Positions 28,223-37,833 of a DNA stretch of 64,000 nt are shown here, piece by piece. The DNA comes from an uncultured Thermus sp. (GTDB lineage Bacteria > Deinococcota > Deinococci > Deinococcales > Thermaceae). Under the pieces are notes generated by a model, which saw only the letters and a program-made list of their open reading frames with translations, was not told where the DNA came from and searched no databases. The stretch spans positions 1 through 64,000 of the forward strand of contig CAMTVD010000018.1 in assembly GCA_947085095.1 (NCBI GenBank), read 5' to 3'. The number at the start of each line of letters is the position of its first letter. Position 1 is the first letter of the stretch. Both the position numbers and the translations under genes were made by a program.

Positions 28223-29642
28223 GGACCGCCCCCTGGGCCTCCAGATAGGCCACCAGCACCTCCAGGGCCTTCTCCACCGCCTCGTCCAGGTCCTCCCCCG
28301 GGATGATGGGGATGCCCTCTTCCTGGGCCCAGAGGAGGAGGTGCTCCTGGATGAGGCGGATCTCGGGGAAGTGGGCCAGGTACTTGTCCTGCGGCCGGGC
28401 GTGGCCCGTTTCCCGGTCCCGAAGGAGGAAGCGGTCCCGGTGGAGCTTTTCGTCCTGGAGGACCACCAGCATGGGCACGGTGAGCACCCTTTCCCGGTAA
28501 GGGTGGTCCAGGTAGCGGGGCACCACGTGCACCCCCTCGAGGACGATGGAGGTCCCTTCCAGGGCGCTCCTTTCTTGGATGGCCCTGAGGCCCACGGCCA
28601 CCCTCATCACCTGGTCCAGAAAGCCCCGCATGACCCGCTCCTCGTGGCTTCCCTCCCGCATGTGGCTCTCAGGTAGAAGGGCCTTCCAGGCCTCAAAGGT
28701 GGAGCAGTGCAGGGTGGGGAGGAGGTCCTTGGAAAGGGTGGCGCGGAAGACCTCCCGCACCGCGTCCGAGGGGACGATGTGGGTGATGCCCAGGCGGTAG
28801 GCCAGGGCCGAGGCCAGGACGCTCTTCCCCACCCCCGTGACCCCCCCGATGAGGATGTGCACGGGGCGGGCGCTCCGCCTCAGGTGCCTCAGGAAGAGGT
28901 AGCGGCGGGCCATCTCCTCCCCCGCTTCCTTGAGGAGGGCCTGGTGCACCCGTTCCCGTAGCTCGGTCCGGCGGACCACACCTTTCCCCTCCTGGCGGAG
29001 CTGGGCCTCCAGCTCCCGGGCCAGGCGGTAGGCCTGCTCCGGGGAAAGGCCGATCCCCATGAGGGACTGGGCCAGGATGCCCTTGGAAAAGGGCATCTGG
29101 GGTTCCCCGCTCTCCTCCTCCACGAAGAGCTCTCCCGCGAAGGCCCGGCGCTGGAGGTAGCGGCGCTTGGCGGCCTTGCCCTTGGCCCGGCCCAGCTCCT
29201 GGGCCACCACCTCCTCGAGGCGGTGGGCGGGGAGCTGCTTGATGCCCTCTTCCCGGAGGCGGCGCTCCACCTTTTTGGCCAGCTCGTGGGCCTCCTTCAG
29301 GGAAAGCCCCACCTCTTCCAAACTCCTGGCCAAAAGCCCCTTGGAGAAGGGCCGCTTTCGCTTGCCCTCCACCACCAGGATCTCCTCAAAGGGAAGGGTC
29401 TGCCGGGAGAGCTTTTCCGCCACCTCTGGTCCCAGGGCCTGGGCCACCTCCGCCAAGAGGACCCGGCGCAGGGTGCGGGGGGTGGCTTCGGTCAGGCCCT
29501 CTCCCTTGAGGCGCTCCTCCACGGTGTGGGCCACCGCCTGGGCGGCCTCGAGGGGCACCCCCAGGGGCAGGAGGGCTTCCACCAGGAGCCCCTTGGAGAA
29601 GGGCCAATGGCCCCGCCGGAGGCGGACGAAGACCTCGCTCAT
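28215..29642 (-). CDS. 2-phosphoglycerate kinase-like P-loop kinase with three ATP-cone domains
   Basis: PFSKG(L/I)L repeated three times; GGVTGVGKS, SDAVREV, LEGVH. Confidence 0.8.
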   Translation of the reverse strand: MSEVFVRLRRGHWPFSKGLLVEALLPLGVPLEAAQAVAHTVEERLKGEGLTEATPRTLRRVLLAEVAQALGPEVAEKLSRQTLPFEEILVVEGKRKRPFSKGLLARSLEEVGLSLKEAHELAKKVERRLREEGIKQLPAHRLEEVVAQELGRAKGKAAKRRYLQRRAFAGELFVEEESGEPQMPFSKGILAQSLMGIGLSPEQAYRLARELEAQLRQEGKGVVRRTELRERVHQALLKEAGEEMARRYLFLRHLRRSARPVHILIGGVTGVGKSVLASALAYRLGITHIVPSDAVREVFRATLSKDLLPTLHCSTFEAWKALLPESHMREGSHEERVMRGFLDQVMRVAVGLRAIQERSALEGTSIVLEGVHVVPRYLDHPYRERVLTVPMLVVLQDEKLHRDRFLLRDRETGHARPQDKYLAHFPEIRLIQEHLLLWAQEEGIPIIPGEDLDEAVEKALEVLVAYLEAQGAVRA

Positions 29643-29681
29643 TGCCTGGCATCATAGCACTTTTCCCTGCAAAAGGTTTCC

Positions 29682-29711
29682 TTGACAGCCTTTATGGGCG
29701 CGTGCTACCAT
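29682..29711 (+). promoter_or_regulatory. Promoter of the tRNA-Cys/Val pair
   Basis: TTGACA-N18-TACCAT with a TG extension. Confidence 0.75.
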
Positions 29712-29723
29712 ACTTTACGGCTT

Positions 29724-29798
29724 GGCGCCGTAGCCAAGGGGTAAGGCAGAGGTCTGCAAAACCTCCATTCGCCGGTTCGAATCCGGCCGGCGCCTCCA
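29724..29798 (+). tRNA. tRNA-Cys(GCA)
   Basis: GGCGCCG...CTGCAAA...GGTTCGAATCC...CGGCGCCTCCA, U73 discriminator. Confidence 0.96.
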
Positions 29799-29805
29799 AG
29801 AACGC

Positions 29806-29882
29806 GGGCGCGTAGCTCAGGTGGCCAGAGCACTACCTTGACACGGTAGGGGTCGGTGGTTCAAGTCCACTCGCGCCCACCA
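29806..29882 (+). tRNA. tRNA-Val(GAC)
   Basis: GGGCGCGTAGCTCAG...TTGACAC...GGTTCAAGTCC...CGCGCCCACCA. Confidence 0.96.
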
Positions 29883-29885
29883 AAG

Positions 29886-29907
29886 GGCCCCGGGGATTCC
29901 CGGGGCC
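29886..29907 (+). terminator. Hairpin after the tRNA pair
   Basis: GGCCCCGGG-GATT-CCCGGGGCC. Confidence 0.6.
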
Positions 29908-29928
29908 TCGCCCTTGTATACTCAGGCC

Positions 29929-30318
29929 ATGAGCGCGTCGCATGAGCGCCAACTCTACGAGGCCTGGGTGGAGCTTCTAGGCTGGATGCGGGAATACGCC
30001 GAGGAGAAGGGCGTGCGCTTTGAGAAAGAGGCCGACTTCCCCGACTTCATCTACCGCATGGAGCGGCCCTACGACGTCCCCACCACCATCATGACCGCTT
30101 CTCTTTCCGATGATCTGGGGGAGCCTTTCCTCCTGGCCGACGTCTCCCCTCGGCACGCCAGGCTCAAGCGCATTGGCCTCCGCCTGCCCCGGGCCCACGT
30201 CCACCTCCACGCCCACTACGAGCCGGGCAAGGGCTTGGTCACGGGGAAGATCCCCCTCACCAAGGAGCGCTTCTTCGCCCTGGCCGATCGGGCGCGGGAG
30301 GCCTTGGCCTTCGCCTAG
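29929..30318 (+). CDS. nqo15: NADH-quinone oxidoreductase subunit 15 (frataxin-like)
   Basis: 129 aa, LYEAWVELL.WMREYA...FEKEADFPDFIYRMERPYD...ADRAREALAFA, recognisable as Thermus Nqo15. Confidence 0.93.
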   Translation: MSASHERQLYEAWVELLGWMREYAEEKGVRFEKEADFPDFIYRMERPYDVPTTIMTASLSDDLGEPFLLADVSPRHARLKRIGLRLPRAHVHLHAHYEPGKGLVTGKIPLTKERFFALADRAREALAFA

Positions 30319-30716
30319 ACCTTGCTGACCGTGCCCTGGCCCAGGGCCACGAGGTAGCTTTCCCCATCCTCCTCGGAGATGACCTCTCCTTGGACCACGG
30401 CGAGGCGCTTCCCGGCGTGGATCACCTGGGCCCTGGCTTTAAGCCTTTGCCCCCTGGTGGGGCGGAGGAAGTTGACCTTGAACTCCACGGTGAGGACCTC
30501 CGCTCCCAGGACCGTTCCCCCGGCGAAGGTGAGGGCGTTGTCTAGAAGGGCGGCGATCACGCCTCCGTGGACCATGCCGAGGTGCTGGTAGAACTCGGGG
30601 CGCACCTCTAAGGCGAAGACCACCGCTTTGGGCTGGACCTCGAGGAGCTCGGCTCCGAGGTACCGGGTGAAGGGCTGGGCCTGGGCCACCTGCTTCGCGA
30701 GGGCTTGGATCTCCAT
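30315..30716 (-). CDS. PaaI-family hotdog thioesterase
   Basis: GMVHGGVIAALLD, EFKVNFLRP. Confidence 0.9.
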   Translation of the reverse strand: MEIQALAKQVAQAQPFTRYLGAELLEVQPKAVVFALEVRPEFYQHLGMVHGGVIAALLDNALTFAGGTVLGAEVLTVEFKVNFLRPTRGQRLKARAQVIHAGKRLAVVQGEVISEEDGESYLVALGQGTVSKV

Positions 30717-30744
30717 GCCTCCTCCTTTTAGACTCTGTCAAAGT

Positions 30745-31863
30745 TTAGTCCGCGGCCGCCGGGGGGTCAAGGGCCTCCCACAGGGCCAGAAGGACCCGGT
30801 GGAGAAGAGGAAGGGTCCTGGGGGTGGGCTTTAGATGCGCCCCTTCCACCGCAAGAAGCCCCTCCGCCACAAGCCCTTCTGCCTTTTCCTGGAGGAGAGG
30901 AAGGAGGGTTAGTCCGGTCCTTGCCTCCACCTCGCCCACGTCCACCCCCTCCTTGAGCCTTAGCCCCAGCATCAGGGCCTCCTTGGCGTGCTCCAGGGGG
31001 GGGATGGCCTCCTCCCTTGGGGCCTCGCCCAAAAGCCAGCGGGGGAGGGGGGGGTTGGTCCGCCGGAGGGCGTAGGCGGGGCCCCTTCCCGGGTACTGGC
31101 CGGTGGCGGCGGGGCCCAGGGCCAGCCAGAACCCGGCCCGCCAGTAGACCAGGTTGTGCCGGGCCTCCTCCCCCTCCTTGGCGAAGTTGGAGACCTCGTA
31201 GCGCAGAAGGCCCGCCTCCCCCAAGACCTCCTCCGCCCGCTCCATGGCCCAGGCCTCCCGCTCGGGGTCCTCCCTTAGCCCTAGGAGGGCGAAGGGGGTG
31301 CCCTTCTCCACCTGGAGGGTGTAGGCGGAGACGTGGCCCACGCCCAGATGGGCCGCCTCCTTCAGGTCCTTTTCCACGTCCTGCATGGGAAGGCCCAGGA
31401 TGAGGTCTATGGACACCCTAAAGCCCTCCTCCAGGGCCATCGCCACCGCCCTTAGGGCCCCCTCCCGCCCGTGGGCCCGGCCCAGGAACTTGAGGACGGG
31501 CTCCTGGAAGCTCTGGACCCCCAGGGAGAGGCGGTTCACCCCCAGGTCCTTGAGGAGGGCAAGCCTCGTGGGGGAGAGGGTGCCGGGGTTGGCCTCGAGG
31601 GTCACCTCCGCCCCCTCTTTGAGGCGCCAGGGGAGGCTTCCGAAGAGGGCTACAAGTTCCCGGTCCCTTAGATAGCTGGGCGTGCCCCCGCCCAGGTAGA
31701 GGGTGTCCAGGGGCTCGGGGTAGGCCTGGTGGAGGGCTTTTGCCTCCTCCTTCAGGCGCTTCAGGTAGGCCTCCACCCACACCCCTCCCCGCCTCACCAC
31801 GTGGAAGTCGCAGTAGGGGCAGAGGGTGGGGCAGAAGGGGACGTGGACGTAAAGGCTAGGCAT
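30745..31863 (-). CDS. hemW: Radical SAM heme chaperone (HemN-like)
   Basis: YVHVPFCPTLCPYCDF, GGGTPS, YEVSNF, HNLVYW. Confidence 0.92.
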   Translation of the reverse strand: MPSLYVHVPFCPTLCPYCDFHVVRRGGVWVEAYLKRLKEEAKALHQAYPEPLDTLYLGGGTPSYLRDRELVALFGSLPWRLKEGAEVTLEANPGTLSPTRLALLKDLGVNRLSLGVQSFQEPVLKFLGRAHGREGALRAVAMALEEGFRVSIDLILGLPMQDVEKDLKEAAHLGVGHVSAYTLQVEKGTPFALLGLREDPEREAWAMERAEEVLGEAGLLRYEVSNFAKEGEEARHNLVYWRAGFWLALGPAATGQYPGRGPAYALRRTNPPLPRWLLGEAPREEAIPPLEHAKEALMLGLRLKEGVDVGEVEARTGLTLLPLLQEKAEGLVAEGLLAVEGAHLKPTPRTLPLLHRVLLALWEALDPPAAAD

Positions 31864-32001
31864 CCTTTTCTACCCAGGCCAAGACTCTGCGAGCCAGCTC
31901 TGCGGTTCATAAAGGGTGCCCGGGGGGTCCTCTTCCGCGTGGGCCGGGTCGCTTCGGGCTGGCCGGAGCCAGGCCTCCGGGTCCTCTGGATCAAGCGGCA
32001 T
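31856..32001 (-). pseudogene. Internally deleted, frameshifted HEPN toxin remnant
   Basis: MPLDPEDPEAWLRPARSD... N-terminus; a HEPN-like C-terminus AELARRVLAWVEKDA* follows in another frame; the core is missing. Confidence 0.6.
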
Positions 32002-32191
32002 GGCGTACCTTGCCTTCCCGTAAGGCTTCGGGGTAAATGGTCATCCAGGTCCCTTGGTATCGTTCCAGGTCGGAGGGGTGAGCCACCACCAAATCCACGG
32101 CAAACCCCTTCTTTTCGTTCTCCGGGCGGGCATCCCCCCGGGCCCGGTTGCCGAAGAGGATCTTGACCGGGGCGAGCTCCGGGTACTCCAC
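31991..32191 (-). pseudogene. Internally deleted minimal nucleotidyltransferase (MNT) antitoxin
   Basis: ILFGNRARGDARPE followed directly by VDLVV...ALREGKV; the DxD catalytic strand is absent. Confidence 0.7.
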
Positions 32192-32195
32192 CCCT

Positions 32196-33416
32196 TCAGT
32201 CTACGAAAAGGAGGCGGAAGTCGTTGAGGTTGGTGCCCGTGGGGCCGGTCCTGAGGAGAGTCCCTGCCTCCTGGAAGAAGGCCAGGCTGTCGTTGGCCTC
32301 GAGGTAGGGCCCTGGGTCCAGGCCCTTCTGCCAAACCTCGGGCGTGAGGAGGGCGCCGGCGGCCCCGCTATTCCCATCCAGGCCGTCGGAGTCTGCGGCC
32401 AGGGCATAGAGGGGAGCCTTCAGGTGGGCGTAGAGGGCCAGAAGGAACTCCAGGTTCCGCCCGCCCTTTCCCTTTCCCCGCACGCGCACCTGGGCCTCGC
32501 CCCCGGAGAGGAGGAAGAGGGGCTTTCTGAAGGGCAGGCCGTGGGCGCGGATGGTCTCCACCAGCTCGGCGTGGAAGCGGGCCAGCTCCCGGGCCTCCCC
32601 GCCGAAGCGGTCGGAGAGGATGGCCGCCCTGTGGCCCCTTTCCCGGAGGAACCCCTGGGCCGCCTTCAGGAGGTCCAGGTTCCGCCCCACCATCCGCCAG
32701 GAAAGCCGCCTTCGGGCGGGGTCGCCGGGCTTCAGGGTTTCCGGCACCTCCTTCCTTTTCCCCCGGAGGAGCGCTTCCCGGGCCTCGGGGAAGCCGAGGC
32801 CGTAACGGTCCAGGACCTCGAGGGCCTCACCAAAGGTGCTGGGGTCGGGGTGGAAGGGCCCCGAGGCGATGACGCTGGGGTCGTCCCCGGGCACGTCGGA
32901 GAGGAGGAGGGCGTGGACCCGGGCCCTGGTGGCGAGGAGGGCTCTGCCCCCCTTGATGCGGGAGAGGTGCTTGCGCACCGCGTTCACCTCCCCGATGCTG
33001 GCTCCGCTTTTCAGGAGGGCCTCGGTGAGGGCCTTTTTCCCCGCCAGGGAGACCCCGAAGGGGGCGCACCAGAGGGCGCTCCCACCCCCGGAGAGGAGGG
33101 CCAGGACCCGGGCTTTGGGGGAAAGCCCCTGTAAGAGGGAAAGGACCTCCTCTGCCGCCCGCACGCTTTCCCCGTCGGGCACGGGGTGGGAAGCGAAGCG
33201 GGCCTTCAGGCCCAGGGGGTCTTGGCCCTGGGGTAGGGTGAGGTGGTAGGGGACCTCCCCGTAGCGGTCCAGGGCCGCCTTCAGCATGGGGGCCGCGGCC
33301 TTGCCCACCGCCAGGATGAGGTCCGGCCGCCAGGGGGGGAGGGCCTTCTGGACCAGGCGGTAGGGGTCCGTGGCCCTCAGGGCGTGAAAAAAGGCTTCCT
33401 TCAGGAGGGCTTCCAC
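32196..33416 (-). CDS. Glycerate 2-kinase (MOFRL/DUF4147 family)
   Basis: GKAA, SHPVPD, LLSGGGSAL, KGG, SDVPGDD, GGRN.E, DSDG.DG, TGPTGTN.ND. Confidence 0.92.
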   Translation of the reverse strand: MEALLKEAFFHALRATDPYRLVQKALPPWRPDLILAVGKAAAPMLKAALDRYGEVPYHLTLPQGQDPLGLKARFASHPVPDGESVRAAEEVLSLLQGLSPKARVLALLSGGGSALWCAPFGVSLAGKKALTEALLKSGASIGEVNAVRKHLSRIKGGRALLATRARVHALLLSDVPGDDPSVIASGPFHPDPSTFGEALEVLDRYGLGFPEAREALLRGKRKEVPETLKPGDPARRRLSWRMVGRNLDLLKAAQGFLRERGHRAAILSDRFGGEARELARFHAELVETIRAHGLPFRKPLFLLSGGEAQVRVRGKGKGGRNLEFLLALYAHLKAPLYALAADSDGLDGNSGAAGALLTPEVWQKGLDPGPYLEANDSLAFFQEAGTLLRTGPTGTNLNDFRLLFVD

Positions 33417-33793
33417 GCCAGGTCCGTCCGGTCAAAGTCCTCGCCCTTGTAGAGGAGGGGCTCCCCCTCCACCCGGGCCAGGGCATAGCTCAGGCAGTCG
33501 CCCAGGTTTAGGCCCGCGGGGTGCCGCCCTTTGCCGTAGCGGGCGTAGGCACGCACCGCCTCCTGGTAGTGCTCGGCGGTGAAGGGGACCACCTCGAGGC
33601 CCAGGGCCTCCGCCAGCCGGTCCACCAGGTGGGCTTTCCCAAAGCCCAGCCTCTTGCCTAAAGCCACAGCGGTCTCCACCAGGGTGGGCGCGCCCACCCT
33701 GGCCCGGGGGGCGGTGCGGATGGCCTCTAGATAGACGTCCCTATCGGGCTCAGCCAAGAGGATGGCCAGGAGGGCCGAGGAGTCCACCACCAT
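33401..33793 (-). CDS. vapC: VapC PIN toxin
   Basis: MVVDSSALLAILL.E, GRHPAGLNLGDC.SYA, LLYKGEDF. Confidence 0.93.
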   Translation of the reverse strand: MVVDSSALLAILLAEPDRDVYLEAIRTAPRARVGAPTLVETAVALGKRLGFGKAHLVDRLAEALGLEVVPFTAEHYQEAVRAYARYGKGRHPAGLNLGDCLSYALARVEGEPLLYKGEDFDRTDLAWKPS

Positions 33794-34039
33794 CTAGCCC
33801 TCCCAAAGCTCGTCCATTTCTTTCTTGGAAATCCCCTTGTCTCTGAGCTCAGGGGGGATCTCGGGCCAGACCTCCTCCTCCAGGAACCTCAGGGCCCGGT
33901 CAAAGCGCCTCTTCTTTTCCAGATCCCTTAGGCGCATCTCCAGGGCCTTCCGGATGGCCTCGGTTTTGCTCTCCCCCGCCAGGCGGGCCACCTCCTCCGC
34001 CAGACGCTCCACCTCCTTGTTGCGAACGGTAAGGGCCAT
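33794..34039 (-). CDS. vapB: VapB antitoxin (Rv0623-like)
   Basis: MALTVRNKEVERLAEEVARLAGESKTEAIRKALE. Confidence 0.9.
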   Translation of the reverse strand: MALTVRNKEVERLAEEVARLAGESKTEAIRKALEMRLRDLEKKRRFDRALRFLEEEVWPEIPPELRDKGISKKEMDELWEG

Positions 34040-34045
34040 GGTTTA

Positions 34046-34075
34046 AGCATATGCAGAAAAAAGTATGCATGTCAA
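34046..34075 (-). promoter_or_regulatory. vapBC promoter/operator
   Basis: TTGACA-N18-TATGCT, 6 nt before the ATG; TGCATA repeated and a GCATATGC palindrome over the -10. Confidence 0.75.
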
Positions 34076-34112
34076 GCAGGGTGGGCCCATGGGAAGCGCA
34101 GAACCTGGGCGC

Positions 34113-35369
34113 CTAGGCCTGGGGCTCCTTCCCCTCGTAGAGGAGGGCTAAGAGCTCGGCGGTGTGGAGAACAGGGAGGTCCAGGTGGGCCTGGATCTGG
34201 GTGAGGCAGCCGATGTTGCCCGTGACCACCAGCTGGGCCCCGGTGGCCTTGAGGTTTTCCGCCTTCCGCCTCCCCAAGGCCTCGGCGATCCCCGGCTGGA
34301 AGAGGTTGTAGGTGCCGGCGCTCCCGCAGCAGAGCTCCCACTCCTTGGGCTCCAGGACCTCCACCCCCGCCGCTCGGAGGAGGTTCCTCGGGGCTTCCCG
34401 CACCCCTTGGGCGTGGGCCAGGTGGCAGGCGTCGTGGTAGGCCACCCTGAGGGGTTTTGGAGGGGGCGGGGGGGGAAGAAAGCCCAGCTCGTCCAGGATG
34501 AGGGAGAGGTCCTTCACCTTGGCGGCGAGGCCCTTGGCCTCCTCCTCCTCGGGCTGGCCCAGGAAGAGGAGGGGGTACTCCTTCATCCCCGAGCCGCACC
34601 CGGCGGCGTTGGTGACCACGTGGTCCACCTCCCGGAAGGCCTCGAGGTTTTTCCTGGCCAGGGCCCTGGCCCCCTCCTCGTCCCCGGCGTGGAGGTTTAG
34701 GGCCCCGCAGCAGGCCTGCTCCTTTAGGACCAGGACCTCCACCCCGTTTTCCTGGAGGACCTTTATGGTGGCCCGGTTGATGGAGGGCCTCAGGACCCTC
34801 TGGGCGCATCCCAGGAGGAGGCCCACCCGGGCCCGCCGCTCCCCTTTGGCGGGGTAGACCTCCTGGTAAGGCTCCTCCTTCTCCAGGCGGTCGGGGAGGA
34901 GGGCGATGGGGGCCTTCAGGGGTTTGGGCAGGGGGAGGGGTTTTAGGAGGGGCTTGAGGCGCACCCCCAGCTCCACCAGGGACCGGAAGCGGCCCGGGTG
35001 GGGAAGGGTGCCGAGGAGGGCCAGGCGGTAGGTCATCTCCAGGGGATAGCGGTGCCGCCTTTCCTCGCTCCAAAGCCGGAAGGTGGCGATGAGCTCCCCG
35101 TAGGGCACCCCGCTGGGGCAGGCGGTGACGCAGGCCTGGCAGGCCAGGCAGCGGTCCAAAAAGGGGAGGGCCTCCTCCAGGGGAAGGCTTTGCTCCAGGA
35201 CCTCCTTCATGAGGAAGATCCGCCCCCTGGGGGAGTCCATCTCCTCCTGGAGGACCACATAGGTGGGGCAGGTGGGGAGGCAGAAGCCGCAGTGCACGCA
35301 GGCCTCTATGGCGTGGGCCATGACCTGGCCCTTGGGGCCCAACTCGTCCACGGGGATCTTGTGCTGCAT
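34113..35369 (-). CDS. glcF: Glycolate oxidase Fe-S subunit
   Basis: CVHCGFCLPTCPTY, DSPRGRI, CCG domains, YHDACHL. Confidence 0.92.
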   Translation of the reverse strand: MQHKIPVDELGPKGQVMAHAIEACVHCGFCLPTCPTYVVLQEEMDSPRGRIFLMKEVLEQSLPLEEALPFLDRCLACQACVTACPSGVPYGELIATFRLWSEERRHRYPLEMTYRLALLGTLPHPGRFRSLVELGVRLKPLLKPLPLPKPLKAPIALLPDRLEKEEPYQEVYPAKGERRARVGLLLGCAQRVLRPSINRATIKVLQENGVEVLVLKEQACCGALNLHAGDEEGARALARKNLEAFREVDHVVTNAAGCGSGMKEYPLLFLGQPEEEEAKGLAAKVKDLSLILDELGFLPPPPPPKPLRVAYHDACHLAHAQGVREAPRNLLRAAGVEVLEPKEWELCCGSAGTYNLFQPGIAEALGRRKAENLKATGAQLVVTGNIGCLTQIQAHLDLPVLHTAELLALLYEGKEPQA

Positions 35370-35373
35370 AGCC

Positions 35374-36417
35374 TTACCTTAGGGGAAACCGGCCCATGGG
35401 GTCTAGGGCCTCCTTGACCGAGCGGAAGAAGGCATCGTGGGGTTTGGGGAAGAGGGGCTCCTCCGCTCCCCTCAGGACCAGGTGGGGGATGCCCGCCTCC
35501 TTCAGGGCCTCTCGCCCCTCCTCTTCCAGGCCCACATAGAGGACCTCCCCCCCGTCCAGGTAGCGCCTTGGGCCCAGGGGGAGGCGTTCTAGGAGGGGAA
35601 TCCGGGAAAGCCCCGCGGGCACCTTGGCGAGGATGGGGCTTCCCTCCAGGAAGGCCAGGTCCCGCACCCCCTGCCAGTGCCCTTCGTCCTCCTCCAGGAC
35701 CTCCCCACCCCCCAGGAGGCCCCTGAGCTTTTCCAGACGCTCCCTCACGCTTTCGGGAAAGCCTCCCAGGCGGGCCTCGAGGGTGGCCGGGGGCAGGAGG
35801 TCCAGGGCCAGGAGGTCCAGGGGCAGAAGCCGCAACCGCTCCAGGGTGGCCAGGGCTTCCTCCAAGCCCCCTAGGGCTACCCGCAGGGTCTTGGTGGCCC
35901 TGGGACGGGGGAAGACCTTGAAGGAAAGCTCCACCACCACCCCAAAGGCCCCCAAGGAGCCCACCATGAGGCGGTGGAAGGGGAAGCCGGCGGCGTTTTT
36001 CACCACCTTACCCCCGCCCCGGACCAGGTTTCCCTCGCCATCCACGAAGCGCACCCCCAGGATGAAGTCCCTGAGGCCGCCAAAGCGGTGGCGCATGGGC
36101 CCGGATAGCCCCGCGGCCACGGTGCCCCCCAGGGTGGCCCCCTGCCCCGAGAGGGGAGGGTCAAAGGGGAGGTACTGGCCGTGGGCCCTTAGGGTTTCCT
36201 CTATCTCCTGGATGGGGGTACCGGCCCAGGCGGTGAAGACGAACTCCTCGGGCTCGTACTCCCGGATGCCCCGGAGGGCGGAGAGGTCCAGGGTGGCTTC
36301 CCCCTCTCTGGGCAGGGAAAGGGCGGGTTTGCTCCCTCCCCCCTTGGGCCGAAGGCGGGGGTGGGTTAGGACCGCCTCCCGCACCTCCTCCAGGTTGGTG
36401 GGCTTAAGCGTGGGCAT
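35374..36417 (-). CDS. glcE: Glycolate oxidase FAD subunit
   Basis: [29 protein letters not shown]. Confidence 0.88.
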   Translation of the reverse strand: MPTLKPTNLEEVREAVLTHPRLRPKGGGSKPALSLPREGEATLDLSALRGIREYEPEEFVFTAWAGTPIQEIEETLRAHGQYLPFDPPLSGQGATLGGTVAAGLSGPMRHRFGGLRDFILGVRFVDGEGNLVRGGGKVVKNAAGFPFHRLMVGSLGAFGVVVELSFKVFPRPRATKTLRVALGGLEEALATLERLRLLPLDLLALDLLPPATLEARLGGFPESVRERLEKLRGLLGGGEVLEEDEGHWQGVRDLAFLEGSPILAKVPAGLSRIPLLERLPLGPRRYLDGGEVLYVGLEEEGREALKEAGIPHLVLRGAEEPLFPKPHDAFFRSVKEALDPMGRFPLR

Positions 36418-37789
36418 GGTCTTCCTCCGGCAGAACTTTGCCCCGGTTGGCGAGGCCCTTGGGGTCCAACAGGGCCTTCACCCGCTCCATGGTCAGGAGG
36501 TCCTCCCGGGCGAACATCTCCGGCATGTAGGCCTTCTTCTCCACCCCGATCCCGTGCTCCCCGGTGAGGGAGCCTCCCAGGCGCACGCAAAGCCTCAGGA
36601 TCTCGCCGGCCAGCTCCTCGGCCCGTTCCAGCTCCCCGGGCTTCTTGCCGTCGTAGAGGACCAGGGGGTGGAGGTTTCCGTCCCCGGCGTGGAAGACGTT
36701 CGCCACCCTGAGGCCGTAGGCCTGGGAAAGCCTCTGGATCTCCCTCAAGGCCTCCCCCAGGCGGCTTCTCGGCACCACCCCGTCCTGGACGAGGTAGTCG
36801 GGGGAGAGCCGGCCCACGGCGCTGAAGGCCGCCTTACGGCCCTTCCAGATGGCCTGCCTTTCCGCCTCGCTCTTGGCGATGCGCACCTCGTGGGCCCCGC
36901 TTTCCTGGATGACCCGGTGGAGCACCCCGGCCTCCGCCGCCACCTCCTCCTTGGGGCCCTCCAGCTCCACGATGAGGAGGGCCTCCGCCTTGGGGTAGCC
37001 CGCCTTCACCGCGGCCTCGGCAGCCTCTATGGCCAGGTGGTCCATGATCTCCATGGCCCCGGGAAGAAGCCCTGCCCGGATGACCCGGCTCACCGCCTCC
37101 CCTGCTCTCTCCAGGCTGTCGTAGGCGGCGAGGAGGGTGTGGTAGGCCTCGGGCCTGGGCAGGAGCCGCAGGGTGATCTCCAGGGCCACCCCCAAAAGCC
37201 CCTCGGTGCCCACGAAGAAGCCATGGAGGTCCGGGCCCACGCCCTCCAGACCCTCCCCGCCCAGGCGCACCACCTCGCCCTTGGGGGTGACAATTTCCAG
37301 ACCCAGGACGTGGTTGGCGGTCATCCCGTACTTCAAGCAGTGGGCCCCCCCGGAGTTGAAGGCCACGTTGCCCCCGAGGGTGGACACGGGCTGGCTGGAG
37401 GGGTCGGGGGCGTAGAGGAGGCCGAAGGGGGCCGCCTGGCGGGAAACCTCCAGGTTCACCACCCCGGGCTCCACCACGGCGATGCGGGCCTTGGGGTCAA
37501 GCCTCAGGATCCGGTTCAGGCGGTTGAGGGCTATGACGATCCCCCCCTCCACGGGAAGGGAGCCCCCGCTTAGGCTGGTGCCGCTTCCCCGGGCCACGAA
37601 GGGGACACCGTGGCGGTGGCAGAGCCGCACCACCTCCACCACCTCCTCCTTCCTCTCGGGCAGGACCACGGCCAGGGGGCGCTTGCGGTAGGCGGTGAGG
37701 GCGTCGGACTCGTAAGGGGCGAGCTCCGCCTCCTTGGTGAGGACCCTGCTCCCCGGCAAAAGGGCCTTTAGCTCCTGCAGAAAGCCCAC
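36404..37789 (-). CDS. glcD: Glycolate oxidase subunit
   Basis: [32 protein letters not shown]. Confidence 0.92.
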   Translation of the reverse strand: MGFLQELKALLPGSRVLTKEAELAPYESDALTAYRKRPLAVVLPERKEEVVEVVRLCHRHGVPFVARGSGTSLSGGSLPVEGGIVIALNRLNRILRLDPKARIAVVEPGVVNLEVSRQAAPFGLLYAPDPSSQPVSTLGGNVAFNSGGAHCLKYGMTANHVLGLEIVTPKGEVVRLGGEGLEGVGPDLHGFFVGTEGLLGVALEITLRLLPRPEAYHTLLAAYDSLERAGEAVSRVIRAGLLPGAMEIMDHLAIEAAEAAVKAGYPKAEALLIVELEGPKEEVAAEAGVLHRVIQESGAHEVRIAKSEAERQAIWKGRKAAFSAVGRLSPDYLVQDGVVPRSRLGEALREIQRLSQAYGLRVANVFHAGDGNLHPLVLYDGKKPGELERAEELAGEILRLCVRLGGSLTGEHGIGVEKKAYMPEMFAREDLLTMERVKALLDPKGLANRGKVLPEEDHAHA

Positions 37790-37833
37790 GGGCTTACCTC
37801 CTCTCCCACCACTTTAGCCCATAGAATGGGAGC

